Positions 1 to 10,100 of a stretch of DNA of 64,000 nt are shown here, piece by piece. Position 1 is the stretch's first letter; every line of letters begins with the position of its first letter. The position numbers and the translations under genes are program-made. The notes under the pieces are model-generated. The model was not told where the DNA came from. It was given only the letters and a program-made list of their open reading frames with translations, and made no database searches. The DNA comes from Pseudomonadales bacterium (lineage in GTDB: Bacteria > Pseudomonadota > Gammaproteobacteria > Pseudomonadales > UBA5518), in NCBI GenBank assembly GCA_022072145.1, contig JAJVIG010000002.1, forward strand, positions 7,517 through 71,516. Reading direction: 5' to 3'.

Positions 1-1
1 G

Positions 2-607
2 CTGCTGATCGGCACGCCGATCGCCTGGTGGCTGGCACGCACGCGCTCGTGGTGGCGTGTGCCGGTGGGTGCGGTGGTGGCGTTGCCGCTGGTGCTGCCG
101 CCGTCGGTGCTGGGCTTCTACCTGCTGCTGGCGATGGGGCCGGACGGCCCGCTGGGCCAACTGGTCCGGGTGCTGGGAGCCGCGCCGCTGCCGTTCACCT
201 TTGCCGGGCTGGTGGTCGCATCTGTGCTGTATTCGCTGCCGTTCATGGTGCAGCCGCTGCAGGCGGCCTTCGAGGCGGTGGGCGAGCGGCCGCTGGAAGT
301 GGCTGCCACGTTGCGGGCCTCGCCACTGGATGCGTTTCTCAGCGTCGCGGTGCCGCTGGCAGCACCGGGTTTCCTGACCGGCTCGATCCTGAGTTTCGCG
401 CACACCGTGGGCGAGTTCGGCGTGGTGCTGATGATCGGCGGCAACCTGCCGGGCGTGACGCGGGTGGCGTCGGTGCAGGTCTACGACCACGTCGAGGCGC
501 TGGAGTACGCCGATGCGCACCGGCTGGCGGCGGTGATGCTGGTGTTCTCGTTCCTGGTGCTGCTGGTCGTCTATGGTTCGCGCATCAGCGCGGACCGGAA
601 GCGCTGA
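2..607 (+). CDS. modB: Molybdate ABC transporter permease ModB (5' end cut by window edge)
   Basis: The frame is open from nt 2. Translation [47 protein letters not shown]...[18 protein letters not shown] is typical of ModB/CysTW-type permeases. It lies immediately upstream of modC. Confidence 0.88.
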   Translation: MLIGTPIAWWLARTRSWWRVPVGAVVALPLVLPPSVLGFYLLLAMGPDGPLGQLVRVLGAAPLPFTFAGLVVASVLYSLPFMVQPLQAAFEAVGERPLEVAATLRASPLDAFLSVAVPLAAPGFLTGSILSFAHTVGEFGVVLMIGGNLPGVTRVASVQVYDHVEALEYADAHRLAAVMLVFSFLVLLVVYGSRISADRKR

Positions 608-608
608 G

Positions 609-1676
609 GTGCCAGGCATCGAGGCCCGCTTCAGGCTCGCGTGGCCCGGTTTCGGCCTCGACGTGGACCTGGTGCTTCCCGCGCGCGGGGTCACGGCGCT
701 GTTCGGCCACTCGGGGTCGGGCAAGACCACGCTGCTGCGCTGCATCGCCGGTCTGGAGCGTGCCCCGCAGGGTCGGCTCGTGGTCGATGGCGCCGTCTGG
801 CAGGACGATCGCAGCTGGCTGCCGACCCACCGGCGCCCGATCGGCTATGTGTTCCAGGAGGCCAGCCTGTTCGCGCACCTCACGGTGCTCGGCAACCTGC
901 GCTATGGCGTGCGGCGCAGCGCCGCTGCGCACCGCGTGGGTCTGGAGCATGCGATCGATCTGCTCGGCATCGCGCACCTGCTCGGCCGCACGCCCGATCG
1001 GCTCTCCGGCGGCGAACGCCAGCGGGTGGCGATCGCGCGCGCGCTGGCGGTAGGCCCCGGCGTGTTGCTGATGGACGAACCGCTGGCCGCGCTGGATCTG
1101 CAGCGCAAGCAGGAGATCCTGCCGTACCTCGAACGGCTGCACGACGAACTGGAGATTCCCCTGCTCTATGTCAGCCACTCGCCGGACGAGGTGGCCAGGC
1201 TGGCGGACTACCTGGTCGTGCTCGACGGCGGCCGGGCGATCGCCAGCGGTGCGCTGTCCGAGATGCTGGTGCGGCTGGATCTGCCGATCCGGCTCGGCGC
1301 CGACGTAGGCGCGATCCTCGACGGCGTGGTCGGTGAGCTCGACCGCCAGTGGCACCTCGCGCGCGTGGATTTCGCGGGCGGCAGCGTGTGGGCGCCCGAT
1401 CACGGGCTGACGGTCGGTCGGCGCGTGCGGGTGCGGGTGCTGGCCCGCGATGTCAGCCTGGCCGCGCAGCCCGGCGCGAGCAGCATCCAGAACGTGCTGC
1501 GCGGCACGGTGGATGCCATCGGTGACGACGAGCATCCCGGCCTGCTGCTGGTGCGCGTGCGGGTCGGCGCCTCGGTGTTGCTGGCCAGGCTCACGCGGCG
1601 CTCGGCCGCGGCGCTGGACGTGGTGCCGGGGCGCGAGCTCTGGGTGCAGGTCAAGTCGGTCGCGTTGCTCGAGTGA
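609..1676 (+). CDS. modC: Molybdate ABC transporter ATP-binding protein ModC with C-terminal Mop/TOBE-like domain
   Basis: Walker A GHSGSGKTT, ABC signature LSGGERQRVAIARAL and Walker B LLLMDEPLAALD are present. The C-terminal ~120 aa are TOBE-like (VRVRVLARDVSLA...LWVQVKSVALLE). The start is ambiguous: GTG 609 lies 2 nt after the modB stop, and in-frame ATG 573 would overlap modB by 35 nt. Confidence 0.9.
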   Translation: MPGIEARFRLAWPGFGLDVDLVLPARGVTALFGHSGSGKTTLLRCIAGLERAPQGRLVVDGAVWQDDRSWLPTHRRPIGYVFQEASLFAHLTVLGNLRYGVRRSAAAHRVGLEHAIDLLGIAHLLGRTPDRLSGGERQRVAIARALAVGPGVLLMDEPLAALDLQRKQEILPYLERLHDELEIPLLYVSHSPDEVARLADYLVVLDGGRAIASGALSEMLVRLDLPIRLGADVGAILDGVVGELDRQWHLARVDFAGGSVWAPDHGLTVGRRVRVRVLARDVSLAAQPGASSIQNVLRGTVDAIGDDEHPGLLLVRVRVGASVLLARLTRRSAAALDVVPGRELWVQVKSVALLE

Positions 1677-1731
1677 GCGCTGGCGCGTCGCGGCGCGCAC
1701 GCGAGCGGACCGCGGTCTGGTCGACGTCGCA

Positions 1732-3492
1732 CTACAAGGGAAACTCGGACCCGAACCGGAAATCGGTGGCGGACAGAACGGGATGCGTGTCGACGCCCAG
1801 AATCGCGAATGGCTCCGCCGCCACGCCGCCGATCCCGTCCGGGTCGTAATAGAGGATGCCGGCCGCACTGTCGTAGACGATGCGATCGTCGGCGTCGTGG
1901 GCCGCGGTGGCGCCGTCGGCCGCATGGAAATGCGCGGGGTCGAGTGTTCCGGGTGGATGCTCCCTGAGCGCGGGGAAATACCATTCGTTCAGCACCAGCA
2001 GGTCTTCGTCACTGACGAAGTCCGGGATGAACGCGACATTGGCGACGCCGGGAGCCGTCGCGAAAACGAACCAGTCGGCCCCGCTGCCGCCGATCAGCGT
2101 GTCGTGTCCGTCTCCTGCCTCCAGCCAGTCCGGTCCCGCGCCTCCGGCGAGCGAGTCGTCGCCGCCGAGTCCGCCCAGGCCGTCGCTGAGTTCACCTCCT
2201 TCCAGCGTATCGGCGCCGATGTCCGAGCCATAGACGACGACGCGCTCGATGTTGCGAACGATCGAACGGCCGAATACCGCTCCACCGTCGAGCACGTCCG
2301 CGACCGCGAACGCGATGCCCTGCGGATACTTCTCGCCGAGGATGATCGCGAGATCGGTACCCGCACCACCGTCGATCACGCGAAAGCCGTTGGACGCGAT
2401 CAGCTGGTCATCGCCGTCGCCGCCGAACAGTCGGTCCAGCGCGCCGTGGCCGTACAAGGAATCCGCGCCGCGGCCGCCCGCCAGCGTATTGGCGCCTTCG
2501 TCGCCAAACACCCAGTCGTCCCCGTTGCCGCCGAACAGGCTGTCGTCGCCCGTGCTACCGTTCACGGTGTCGTTGCCGGCGCCGGCGTGGACCGAATCGT
2601 CACCGGCGCCCAGGTACAGGTATTCCGGGCCGGTGCCCGCGCGCAACACGTCTGCGAAGTCCGAACCGAAGAACTCGAGTTGTTCGATGCTGCGCAGCAC
2701 CGTGCCGTCGGGGAGTGTGGTTTCGCCTTGCGCCAGCGACAACAGGTCGAGTTCGATGCCGTACAGCGATCTGGAGCAGTTCAGGTACAGCAGATCGTTG
2801 CCCGCGCCGCCGTCGATCGTGTCGGATCCCGGGCCGTACCAGGTCGCCAGCCTATCGTTGCCCGCACCGCCCATCAGATGATCGCGTCCGGCTGCGCCGT
2901 GCAGGGAATCGTTGCCGCCGCCACCGTCGAGCGTATCGGCCCCATTGCCCCCAAGCAGCGTGTCGGCCCAGGCGCCGCCGACCAGCAGGTTCGCGGCCTC
3001 GCCGGATCCTTTCGCCTGCAGGCGCTCGAAGCCCGCCACCAGGGTGCCGTCGGCCAGCGGGGCCATCGCACCGGCCCGCAGCACGAGGTGCTGTGCGCTG
3101 GCCTGCCAGTCGATGACCAGCAGATCGACGCCCGCGTCACCGTACAGGCTGTCGCCGCCGGCACCCGCGTAGACCGTGTCGTTGCCCGCGTCACCGCGGA
3201 CTTCGTTCGCGCCTGCGTCGCCGTGGAGCAGGTCCGCACCGCCGCCGCCGTAGAGGATGTCGTTGCCGTCGCCGCCGTAGAGCGTGTCGGCGTCCGCGCG
3301 GCCGGCGAGGGTGTCGCCACCGACGCCTCCCCTGAGCAGGTCGGCTCCCGTCAGGCCCATCAGGCTGTCGTTGCCCGCGCCACCGTCGAGCGTGTCGCCA
3401 CCGGCGCCACCCACGAGCGTGTCGTCGCCACCGGTCCCAACCAGGGACCAGGCCGCCACGAACGACAGATGTCCACCGGGTAGCCAGCGCAT
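1732..3492 (-). CDS. RTX-type calcium-binding repeat protein (hemolysin-type GGxGxDxL nonapeptide repeats), probable T1SS substrate
   Basis: It carries dozens of GGAGNDSL / GGDGNDIL / GGAGGDTL nonapeptides. There is no N-terminal signal peptide. The C-terminal block IVYDSAAGILYYDPDGIGGVAAEPFAILG is typical of this family. I chose the start at ATG 3492 because the 49 upstream codons of the ORF have only ~59% G/C at position 3, which looks non-coding for this genome. Confidence 0.85.
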   Translation of the reverse strand: MRWLPGGHLSFVAAWSLVGTGGDDTLVGGAGGDTLDGGAGNDSLMGLTGADLLRGGVGGDTLAGRADADTLYGGDGNDILYGGGGADLLHGDAGANEVRGDAGNDTVYAGAGGDSLYGDAGVDLLVIDWQASAQHLVLRAGAMAPLADGTLVAGFERLQAKGSGEAANLLVGGAWADTLLGGNGADTLDGGGGNDSLHGAAGRDHLMGGAGNDRLATWYGPGSDTIDGGAGNDLLYLNCSRSLYGIELDLLSLAQGETTLPDGTVLRSIEQLEFFGSDFADVLRAGTGPEYLYLGAGDDSVHAGAGNDTVNGSTGDDSLFGGNGDDWVFGDEGANTLAGGRGADSLYGHGALDRLFGGDGDDQLIASNGFRVIDGGAGTDLAIILGEKYPQGIAFAVADVLDGGAVFGRSIVRNIERVVVYGSDIGADTLEGGELSDGLGGLGGDDSLAGGAGPDWLEAGDGHDTLIGGSGADWFVFATAPGVANVAFIPDFVSDEDLLVLNEWYFPALREHPPGTLDPAHFHAADGATAAHDADDRIVYDSAAGILYYDPDGIGGVAAEPFAILGVDTHPVLSATDFRFGSEFPL

Positions 3493-3583
3493 GGGGTCCA
3501 GTATTTCACGTGTCGGTGAGCGAAGCGAGCCGCTTCCCCACCGCGGTTTTGACGTACCACTCGTTGGCCCCCATCGATCCAGT

Positions 3584-3597
3584 GCATCACGTGATGC
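3584..3597. promoter_or_regulatory. Perfect 14-nt palindrome GCATCACGTGATGC in the RTX upstream region; candidate operator
   Basis: The palindrome was read directly. It lies 92-105 nt upstream of the RTX start and 46 nt downstream of the vapC stop. A second CACGTG core is at 3507-3512. Confidence 0.2.
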
Positions 3598-3642
3598 GTT
3601 GTGCGTGGTCGACGAGCTCCTGCTCGATCGCCTCTCCACGCG

Positions 3643-4080
3643 CTACATGGGTTTCAGCAACGTGAACTGGCTGCGCGCCAGCAGCTTCCTGACGTCCCGG
3701 TCGAAGCTGACGAGGTGCTCGCCCAGGTGCGCCACCGCAGCCGACAACCAGGCATCCGGCACATCGTTGCCCCCGAGTTGTCGGTCGAGGCAGAGTTGCC
3801 GCAGTTCCGGCCACTCCGGACCCAGGTGAGCCAGTCGCACGCCGGGCGAAGCCAGCAGCGCATCGATGAAGGCAATGGCGTCTTCGACCGGAGTTGGCAT
3901 CCGGAAGATCTTCGGGCTGGTGACCAGCCGCAGAAAGCTGGCCGGCACCATGGGCATCAGCGTGAAGGCTGCGCCGCCCCCGGCCGCGCCGACCGCCTCT
4001 TCGAGCCAGCCGCGCGCGACGCCATGATGCGGGTGATCGCTGCGCGAGGCAGCGACCAGGACGTTGACATCAGGCGTCAT
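3643..4080 (-). CDS. vapC: Type II toxin VapC (PIN-domain ribonuclease)
   Basis: The N-terminus MTPDVNVLVAA and the conserved acidic positions (D5, NDVPD, SFDRD) are characteristic of VapC PIN toxins. The start ATG 4080 (or GTG 4083) overlaps the vapB stop by 11-14 nt. Confidence 0.85.
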   Translation of the reverse strand: MTPDVNVLVAASRSDHPHHGVARGWLEEAVGAAGGGAAFTLMPMVPASFLRLVTSPKIFRMPTPVEDAIAFIDALLASPGVRLAHLGPEWPELRQLCLDRQLGGNDVPDAWLSAAVAHLGEHLVSFDRDVRKLLARSQFTLLKPM

Positions 4081-4315
4081 CACCCACTGCCTCGAGCAAG
4101 GCCTTGTTGCTCAGCGGGTCTATACCCGCCACCAGACCGCCGCGACCCTTGAATACAGGCAGCCGCACCGGACGCTGCTTCGCCGCATCCGCATTCGCAC
4201 GCAGTCGGAGTTGCAATCCCTCCTCGATCAACCGCGTCAGGCTGGTACGCTGCCTGGCGGCGAGCGCCTTGGCGTCGGCAAGGAGTCGATCATTGAGGTC
4301 GAGGGTGGTCTTCAT
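4070..4315 (-). CDS. vapB: Type II antitoxin VapB-like (small DNA-binding antitoxin)
   Basis: This 81-aa protein (MKTTLDLNDRLLADAKALAARQRTSLTRLIEEGL...) lies directly upstream of the PIN toxin and overlaps it. That is the canonical antitoxin-toxin order. Confidence 0.8.
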   Translation of the reverse strand: MKTTLDLNDRLLADAKALAARQRTSLTRLIEEGLQLRLRANADAAKQRPVRLPVFKGRGGLVAGIDPLSNKALLEAVGDDA

Positions 4316-4361
4316 GCGCCAATGGTCCAGATTTCTGTATTGGCAGCAAAGCTCACCCGGA

Positions 4362-4397
4362 GCTCGAACCGAACCGGCTCGGCGTTCCGGTTCGAGC
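4362..4397 (-). terminator. Candidate stem-loop downstream of the TonB-dependent receptor
   Basis: GCTCGAACCG (4362-4371) pairs with CGGTTCGAGC (4388-4397), giving a 10-bp stem that begins 15 nt after the receptor stop on the minus strand. There is only a weak T-tract. Confidence 0.35.
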
Positions 4398-4411
4398 GCC
4401 CGCGCTACCGC

Positions 4412-7009
4412 TCAGAAGAACCGGTAGTTCAGCTCCACCCCGTACATGCGCGGCACGCCGGGCGCCAGGGCGAAGGTGCCCACGGAATCGCCCACCGCCG
4501 CGGCACCGACGAAATAGAGTTCGTCGGTGAGATTGTTGCCGTACACCCCGACCTGGTAGCGCTCGTCCGGGCTGGTCCAGGTGATGCGTCCGTTGAGCAG
4601 TCCGTAATCGTCGACGCTGGACTCTTTCACGTTCTGTCCGGAGCCGACGTCGATGCCCAGGAACACCTCGTCGACATAGCTGTAGTCGAGGCGCGACATG
4701 ATCTCGCCGTAGCGCGTCTGGAAGGTGTACTGGGCCGAGAGGCTCCAGGTCGTCTCCGGCACCTCGGCGAAGGGTTCACGCGAGCGGTCGACGACGGTGA
4801 GCGGCTGTTGGGTGAGCAGCTTGACGGAGCTGAATTGCGCGTCCTCGTACTCGAGGTACTCGTAGTCGTTGAAGCTGCCCGTGGCGATCAGCAGCAGGTT
4901 GTCCACCGGCACCAGGGTGAGTTCGAACTCGACGCCCTGGATGCGGGTCCTGGAGGCGTTGGTGAACACCACGCGCGGCGTATTGCCCGAGTCCAGCACC
5001 ACCTGGCGAAGCTGCATATCGTCGAAATCGTTGCTGAAGACCGCGCCGTTCAACCGCACGCGCGCATCGAACATGTCGAGCTTGAAGCCGAATTCGGTGT
5101 TGGCCACGGTCTCGGGGTCGACGGTCTGCTGCCCGTCCACGCCCAGCGGTTCGAAGGTGCCTGACTTGAAGCCCTCGGCGTAGCTCAGGTACACCATCGC
5201 GCTGTCGATCACGCTGCCCTCGATCAGACTGTCGGGCAGCTTGTAGCTCAGGCTCACCATCGGCGTGAGCTCGTCCCAGGTCTTGCTGATCGAGTTTTCG
5301 GTGGCGGGCAGCAGCGGGTAGAGCGGGAGGCCTGTGAGCGGATTTTTCGGGAAGCGGTTGGTGATGGTGGTGAATACGTCCTGCGCGAAAATCGTGGCCG
5401 GATCCACGAAGGCGATGCCGAACTGCGGCAGTGGCGCCAGGATGCCCGGCACACCCGTGATGGCGTCGAAGGCGATGCTGCGGAATGCGGGCTCGTCGAG
5501 GAGCTCCAGCCACACCGTCTGTTCGCGCTTCTCGCTGGTCCAGCGTGCACCGGCGGTGAATTCCAGGTTCTCGGTCAGCGCATAGCTGCCCTGGAAAAAC
5601 GCGGCGTAGGTGGTGTTCTCGAGTTCGTAGGTCTGGTTTTCGGACGACGGTGAGTTGATGTACAGGATGCTGGAGCCGATCAGGGAACCCGACACCAGGT
5701 TGGCATTGGAGTCGGTACCGTCGTCGATCTCTTCCTTCATGGCGAACGCGCCGACGGTGTAGTTGAGCTTCCCGTCGAAGGCGAGGCCGTTGAGCTGCAA
5801 CTCCTGCGACCACTGCTCGCGGTTGCTGTCCGCGGCGCGATAGCGCGCGCTGATCGGGAGGCGAGTGGCATCGTTGTCGGGGTTGCCGCCGTTGCCGAAC
5901 TTGCGCTGATCGCCATAGCCGCTGATGCTCTTCAGCGACAGCTGGTCGTCGATGTCCCAGGCGACCGTGACGCCCACCAGCAGGTTGTCGAGGTTGAATT
6001 CCGCCTTCGGCGTCTCGTGGGTGTACTTGCCGGTGCCGATCAGCGCCTGCGATTCGCGGCAGGCGGCCTCGTAGACGCTGCTCTGTCCGGTCAGGCCGGG
6101 GCGCACCGGCGTGTCGCGGTCGTCGAAGGCATCCACACCGACCGTGTCCCCCGGCCAGATGCGGTTGCCGTACAGCGAGTCCTCGCCGTTGAAGCTGCTG
6201 TTCTCCATCCACATGCAGTGGGTGCCCGGTTGCACCTCGCGGGTTTCGCCGTAGTAGGTGAAGGTGTCCACCGTCACCGATTCGCTCGCATTCCAGCGCA
6301 GTTGCAGGGCGGCGGACCGGCGATCCTCGGACGCGGCGTCCTGGCCGCTGACGATGTTCTCCATGTACCCGTCACGACGCGTCGAGGCCAGCATGACCTT
6401 GGACAACAGCGTGTCCTCGATCAGCGGCACGCTCGCCGTAGCCGACACGTCCTGCCGCTCGTAATTGCCGATGCGTGCGCGGACCTCGCCGCCCGGGGTT
6501 TCCTGCGGACCCTTGGTGGTGATCAGCAACGCGCCCGCGGTGGTGTTCTTGCCGAACAGCGTTCCCTGCGGCCCGCGCAGCACCTGCACGCTCTGCACAT
6601 CGAGCAGGTCGAGCAACTGCCCGTCCTTGCGCGGGATGTAGAGGCCGTCGATGTAGACCCCGACCGGTCCGTCGACGCGCGTGCCGTCGTCACGCTGGCC
6701 GATGCCACGGATCCAGATCTGCGCCGTGCTGGCCTCGTCGATCTGCAGGCCCGGCACCAGCTGCCCGATTTGCTTGATGTTCGTGATGCCGGCGTCGCGC
6801 AGCTTCTCGCCCGAGAATGCCGAGATCGCGATCGGCACCTCCTGCATCGATTCCTCGCGCTTGCGCGCCGTGACCACGATCTCCTCGATGACGGTCACCG
6901 CCGGCTGCGCGTGCGCCGCCGGGGCGGCCGCAACCGTGCCGAGTGAGCACCCCACTGCGCAGAGCGCGGTCACGAGCGGGCGGCGGACGGGGCGTGTGTT
7001 GGCTGTCAC
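4412..7009 (-). CDS. TonB-dependent outer-membrane receptor
   Basis: It has a signal peptide ...AAAPAAHAQ, the plug motif EEIVVTARKREESMQEVPIAISAF and a C-terminal barrel ending YGVELNYRFF with terminal Phe. GTG 7009 is preceded by the AGGAGA ribosome-binding site. The longer ATG 7126 extension has no support. Confidence 0.9.
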   Translation of the reverse strand: MTANTRPVRRPLVTALCAVGCSLGTVAAAPAAHAQPAVTVIEEIVVTARKREESMQEVPIAISAFSGEKLRDAGITNIKQIGQLVPGLQIDEASTAQIWIRGIGQRDDGTRVDGPVGVYIDGLYIPRKDGQLLDLLDVQSVQVLRGPQGTLFGKNTTAGALLITTKGPQETPGGEVRARIGNYERQDVSATASVPLIEDTLLSKVMLASTRRDGYMENIVSGQDAASEDRRSAALQLRWNASESVTVDTFTYYGETREVQPGTHCMWMENSSFNGEDSLYGNRIWPGDTVGVDAFDDRDTPVRPGLTGQSSVYEAACRESQALIGTGKYTHETPKAEFNLDNLLVGVTVAWDIDDQLSLKSISGYGDQRKFGNGGNPDNDATRLPISARYRAADSNREQWSQELQLNGLAFDGKLNYTVGAFAMKEEIDDGTDSNANLVSGSLIGSSILYINSPSSENQTYELENTTYAAFFQGSYALTENLEFTAGARWTSEKREQTVWLELLDEPAFRSIAFDAITGVPGILAPLPQFGIAFVDPATIFAQDVFTTITNRFPKNPLTGLPLYPLLPATENSISKTWDELTPMVSLSYKLPDSLIEGSVIDSAMVYLSYAEGFKSGTFEPLGVDGQQTVDPETVANTEFGFKLDMFDARVRLNGAVFSNDFDDMQLRQVVLDSGNTPRVVFTNASRTRIQGVEFELTLVPVDNLLLIATGSFNDYEYLEYEDAQFSSVKLLTQQPLTVVDRSREPFAEVPETTWSLSAQYTFQTRYGEIMSRLDYSYVDEVFLGIDVGSGQNVKESSVDDYGLLNGRITWTSPDERYQVGVYGNNLTDELYFVGAAAVGDSVGTFALAPGVPRMYGVELNYRFF

Positions 7010-7147
7010 GTCGTATTCTCCTGCATTGTTTTTCGTTATCGAACAACAGGACCGGAACGTGTCGGTACAACTGACCCGTCGGAAGATACTACCGCGTGGC
7101 GATCGCGCAACATGACAATTTGGCAAGGTGAGGGCGCCCGCCGGTGC

Positions 7148-10100
7148 TCAGTCGGCCTCCTTCTGCGACAGCAGCGCCGCGTTGCCGCCGGTGGCGGTGT
7201 CGTTCACCGCGACCGTCTTCTCGTGCACGAAGCGCTCGATATAGAGCGGTCCGCAGTCTTCGTCGATCAACGCGAGCAGGGGACCGGTGCGCAGCGCGAG
7301 TGCCTGCTCCAGCCGTTGCGACAGCGCGGGATCGCGGTGGCACGCCACCCCGTCGATGTCGGTACGGGCAACGATGCCAACGATGTGCCGCGGATCGCTC
7401 ACCACGTGGCAGGCGCCGAGTGCGTCCGGAAAACCCGCTTCGCCGAGCAGGTTGCGCACGCCCGTTGCCACGGTGCGCACGGCCTCGTCGACCAGCAGCA
7501 ATACCGCGTTGCCGGCCAGCAGCGCCGCCAGCGCGGGCAGCAGCAGGTCGGCCTCGGCGGCTCCGGCGCGGGCTGCGCACACGAGCACGCCGCGGCCCTC
7601 GGCGTACAGCGTGCAGGTCTCGCCGGTGGCGCCGGCCAGGCGCCGTGGCACCAGCGTGTTCGCGGCCGCGTCCAGCAGCTGCCGGATCGCGAGCGCCAGG
7701 GCTTCGCGCGCTTCGTGTTCGCGGTACGGGTCGCTGGTGACCAGCCGCTGCAGCTGGTATCCCGGGCGCAGCCGCCCGGAGGGTTCACGCCGGCGCCAGT
7801 CGCGCCAGGCCGCGCGCAGCGTCTCCACCAGCGGGCGACACTCGAACGCCGGTGCCGGAGCCTTCGTGTCCGCCGCGGGCAGGGCGCGCCAGGCCGGTGC
7901 CGCCATGCTGGCCGGGCGCAGCAGCCGGCCGAGGTAGTGCGGTCCGCCGGCCTTGGGCCCGGTTCCCGACAGGCCGCGGCCGCCGAAGGGCTGCACCCCG
8001 ACCACCGCGCCGATCATGCTGCGGTTCACGTACACGTTGCCGGCCTCGATCTCGCGCGCGAGCCGCGCGATGCGCGACTGGATGCGGCTGTGGATGCCGA
8101 ACGTGAGCCCGTAGCCGCTCTCGCCGATGTGTGCAGGAAGGGCGTCGATCTCGTCGGCGTTGCAGCGGATCAGGTGCAGCACCGGGCCGAACACCTCGCG
8201 CGGCAGCTCCGCGATCGATGCGATCCCGAACACCTGCGGCGGGAAGAAACTGCCCTCGTCGCACTCGGCCGACAGCGCACAGGCGTGCAGTCGGCGGCCC
8301 GTGGCCTCGAGCCGGCGCACGTGCTCGCGCAGCCGCTCGCGGGCGCGCTCGTCGATCAGCGGGCCGATGTCGGTCCCGCACTGCGCCGGGTCGCCGATGC
8401 GCAGCTCGTTCATCGCACCGGCGAGCATGTGGATCAGGCGGTCGGCCACCTCGCGCTGCACGTACAGCACGCGCAGCGCCGAGCAGCGCTGCCCCGCGGA
8501 GCCGAATGCGGAAGCGATCACGTCGTCGACGACCTGCTCGAGCAGCGCGCTCGAATCGACGATCATGGCGTTCTGCCCGCCGGTCTCGGCCACCAGCAGC
8601 GCGCGCGCACCCCCACGCCGGGCCAGCGCCGTGGCGATGTCGCGCGCGACTTCGGTGGAACCGGTGAACAGCACGCCCGCGATGCGCGGATCCGGCAGCA
8701 GGCGCTCGCCGATCGGTGCGCCGGGGCCGGCCAGCACCTGCAGCACCTCGGGCGGCACGCCCGCCGCGTGGAACAGCTCGCTGACGCGCAGCGCCACCAG
8801 CGTGGTCTGCTCGGCGGGCTTCGCGATCACCGGGTTGCCGCACACCAGCGCTGCAGCCACCTGCCCGGTGAAGATCGCGACCGGGAAGTTCCAGGGACTG
8901 ATGCACAGCAGTGGCCCGCGTGCCGCGAGGCCCGTGCCGTGGCGCGCGAACAGCTCTTCCGCGTCGGCGGCGTAATAGCGGCAGAAGTCGATCGCCTCGC
9001 GCACGTCGGCAACTGCGTCGTGCAGCGTCCTGCCTGCCTCGCGCACACAGAATCCCGCGAGCTCGGCGAGCGCCTGCTCGAGCAGGTCGGCGGCACGGCG
9101 CAGGCACGCGGCGCGCTCGGCGGCCGTGGTGGCGGCCCACCGGGATGCGGCGGCGTGTGCTGCCTGCGCCGCCGCCTCGATGCCTTGCGGGCTGGCAGGC
9201 GCGTAGTGGCCGAGCAGGTCGCGGCGGTCGGCGGGATTGCGCACCGCGATCCGCCCGGGCCCCGCAGCGTTGCCGAGCCGCGCCGCGCTGGCGCGGCAGG
9301 TGTCCAACGCCCGCACGAAGTCGGCCAGCGGGTCGAGCGCGCGCAGATCGATGCCGCGGGAGTTGCGCCGCCGTGCGCCGTACAGCCCGGGCGGTGGCGG
9401 GATCGCGCGGTTGGCGTGATCGCTCAGTCCGCGCAGCCGCGTGCGTGGATCGGCGGCCAGCGCCGCGCTGCCCAGCGAGTCGTCGGCGAGGTTGTGGACG
9501 AAGGAGCTGTTGGCGCCGTTCTCCAGCAGCCGCCGCACCAGGTAGGCAAGCAGCTCCGCGTGCTCGCCGACCGGCGCGTAGATGCGGCACGGCACGCCGG
9601 CGCCGCGGCGTTCCAGCAGTTCCTCGTAGAGTTCCTCGCCCATGCCGTGCAGGCGCTGGAACTCGAAGCCCACCGGGTCGCCGGCGAGCGCGAGCACCGC
9701 GGCGGCGGTGTGCGCGTTGTGGGTGGCGAACTGCGGGAACAGCCGCTCACGGCGTGCGAGCAGTCGCGCAGCACACACGAGGTAGCAGACATCAGTCGAG
9801 GCCTTGCGCGTGAACACCGGGTAGGTCGCCAGTCCTTCGAGTTGCGCGTGGCGGATCTCGGTGTCCCAGTACGCACCCTTCACGAGGCGTACCGGCAGAC
9901 GTCGATGGTGGCGCCGCGCGAGTTCGTCCAGCCAGTCGATGACGGCCGGCGCGCTCTTCTGGTACGCCTGCACCGCGATGCCGAAGCCGTCCCGGCCCGC
10001 GAGCCGCGGATCCTCGAACGCGGCTGCGAACAGTTCGAGCGCGATGTCGAGGCGGTACGACTCCTCGGCATCGACCGTGAGCCCGATGCCGTGGCTGGCC

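Noticed and set aside
573-608. ATG 573 as the modC start, as listed in the ORF track.
   Set aside because: It would overlap modB by 35 nt and has no ribosome-binding site. GTG 609 lies 2 nt after the modB stop with GGAAG upstream. I kept 573 as an alternative in the feature note because the choice cannot be settled from sequence alone.
3493-3639. A longer start (GTG 3639) for the RTX gene, which would place it 3 nt from the vapC stop.
   Set aside because: By my hand count, the 49 extra codons have only ~59% G/C at the third position, well below the strong G/C third-position bias of neighbouring genes. They encode a Ser/Arg/Thr-rich low-complexity string. The region also holds the CACGTG palindromes, which is more consistent with non-coding DNA.
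1677-4411. The RTX-vapBC segment considered as a mobile genetic element or genomic island.
   Set aside because: I found no integrase, transposase, tRNA target, direct-repeat boundaries or IS ends in or around it. I recorded it only as a possible accessory insertion under findings.
7020-7060. A possible Fur box upstream of the first TonB-dependent receptor (CGATAACGAAAAACAATGC on the minus strand).
   Set aside because: It matches the 19-nt Fur consensus GATAATGATAATCATTATC at only about 12 of 19 positions and has no dyad symmetry. It may just be the AT-rich promoter, so I do not call it.
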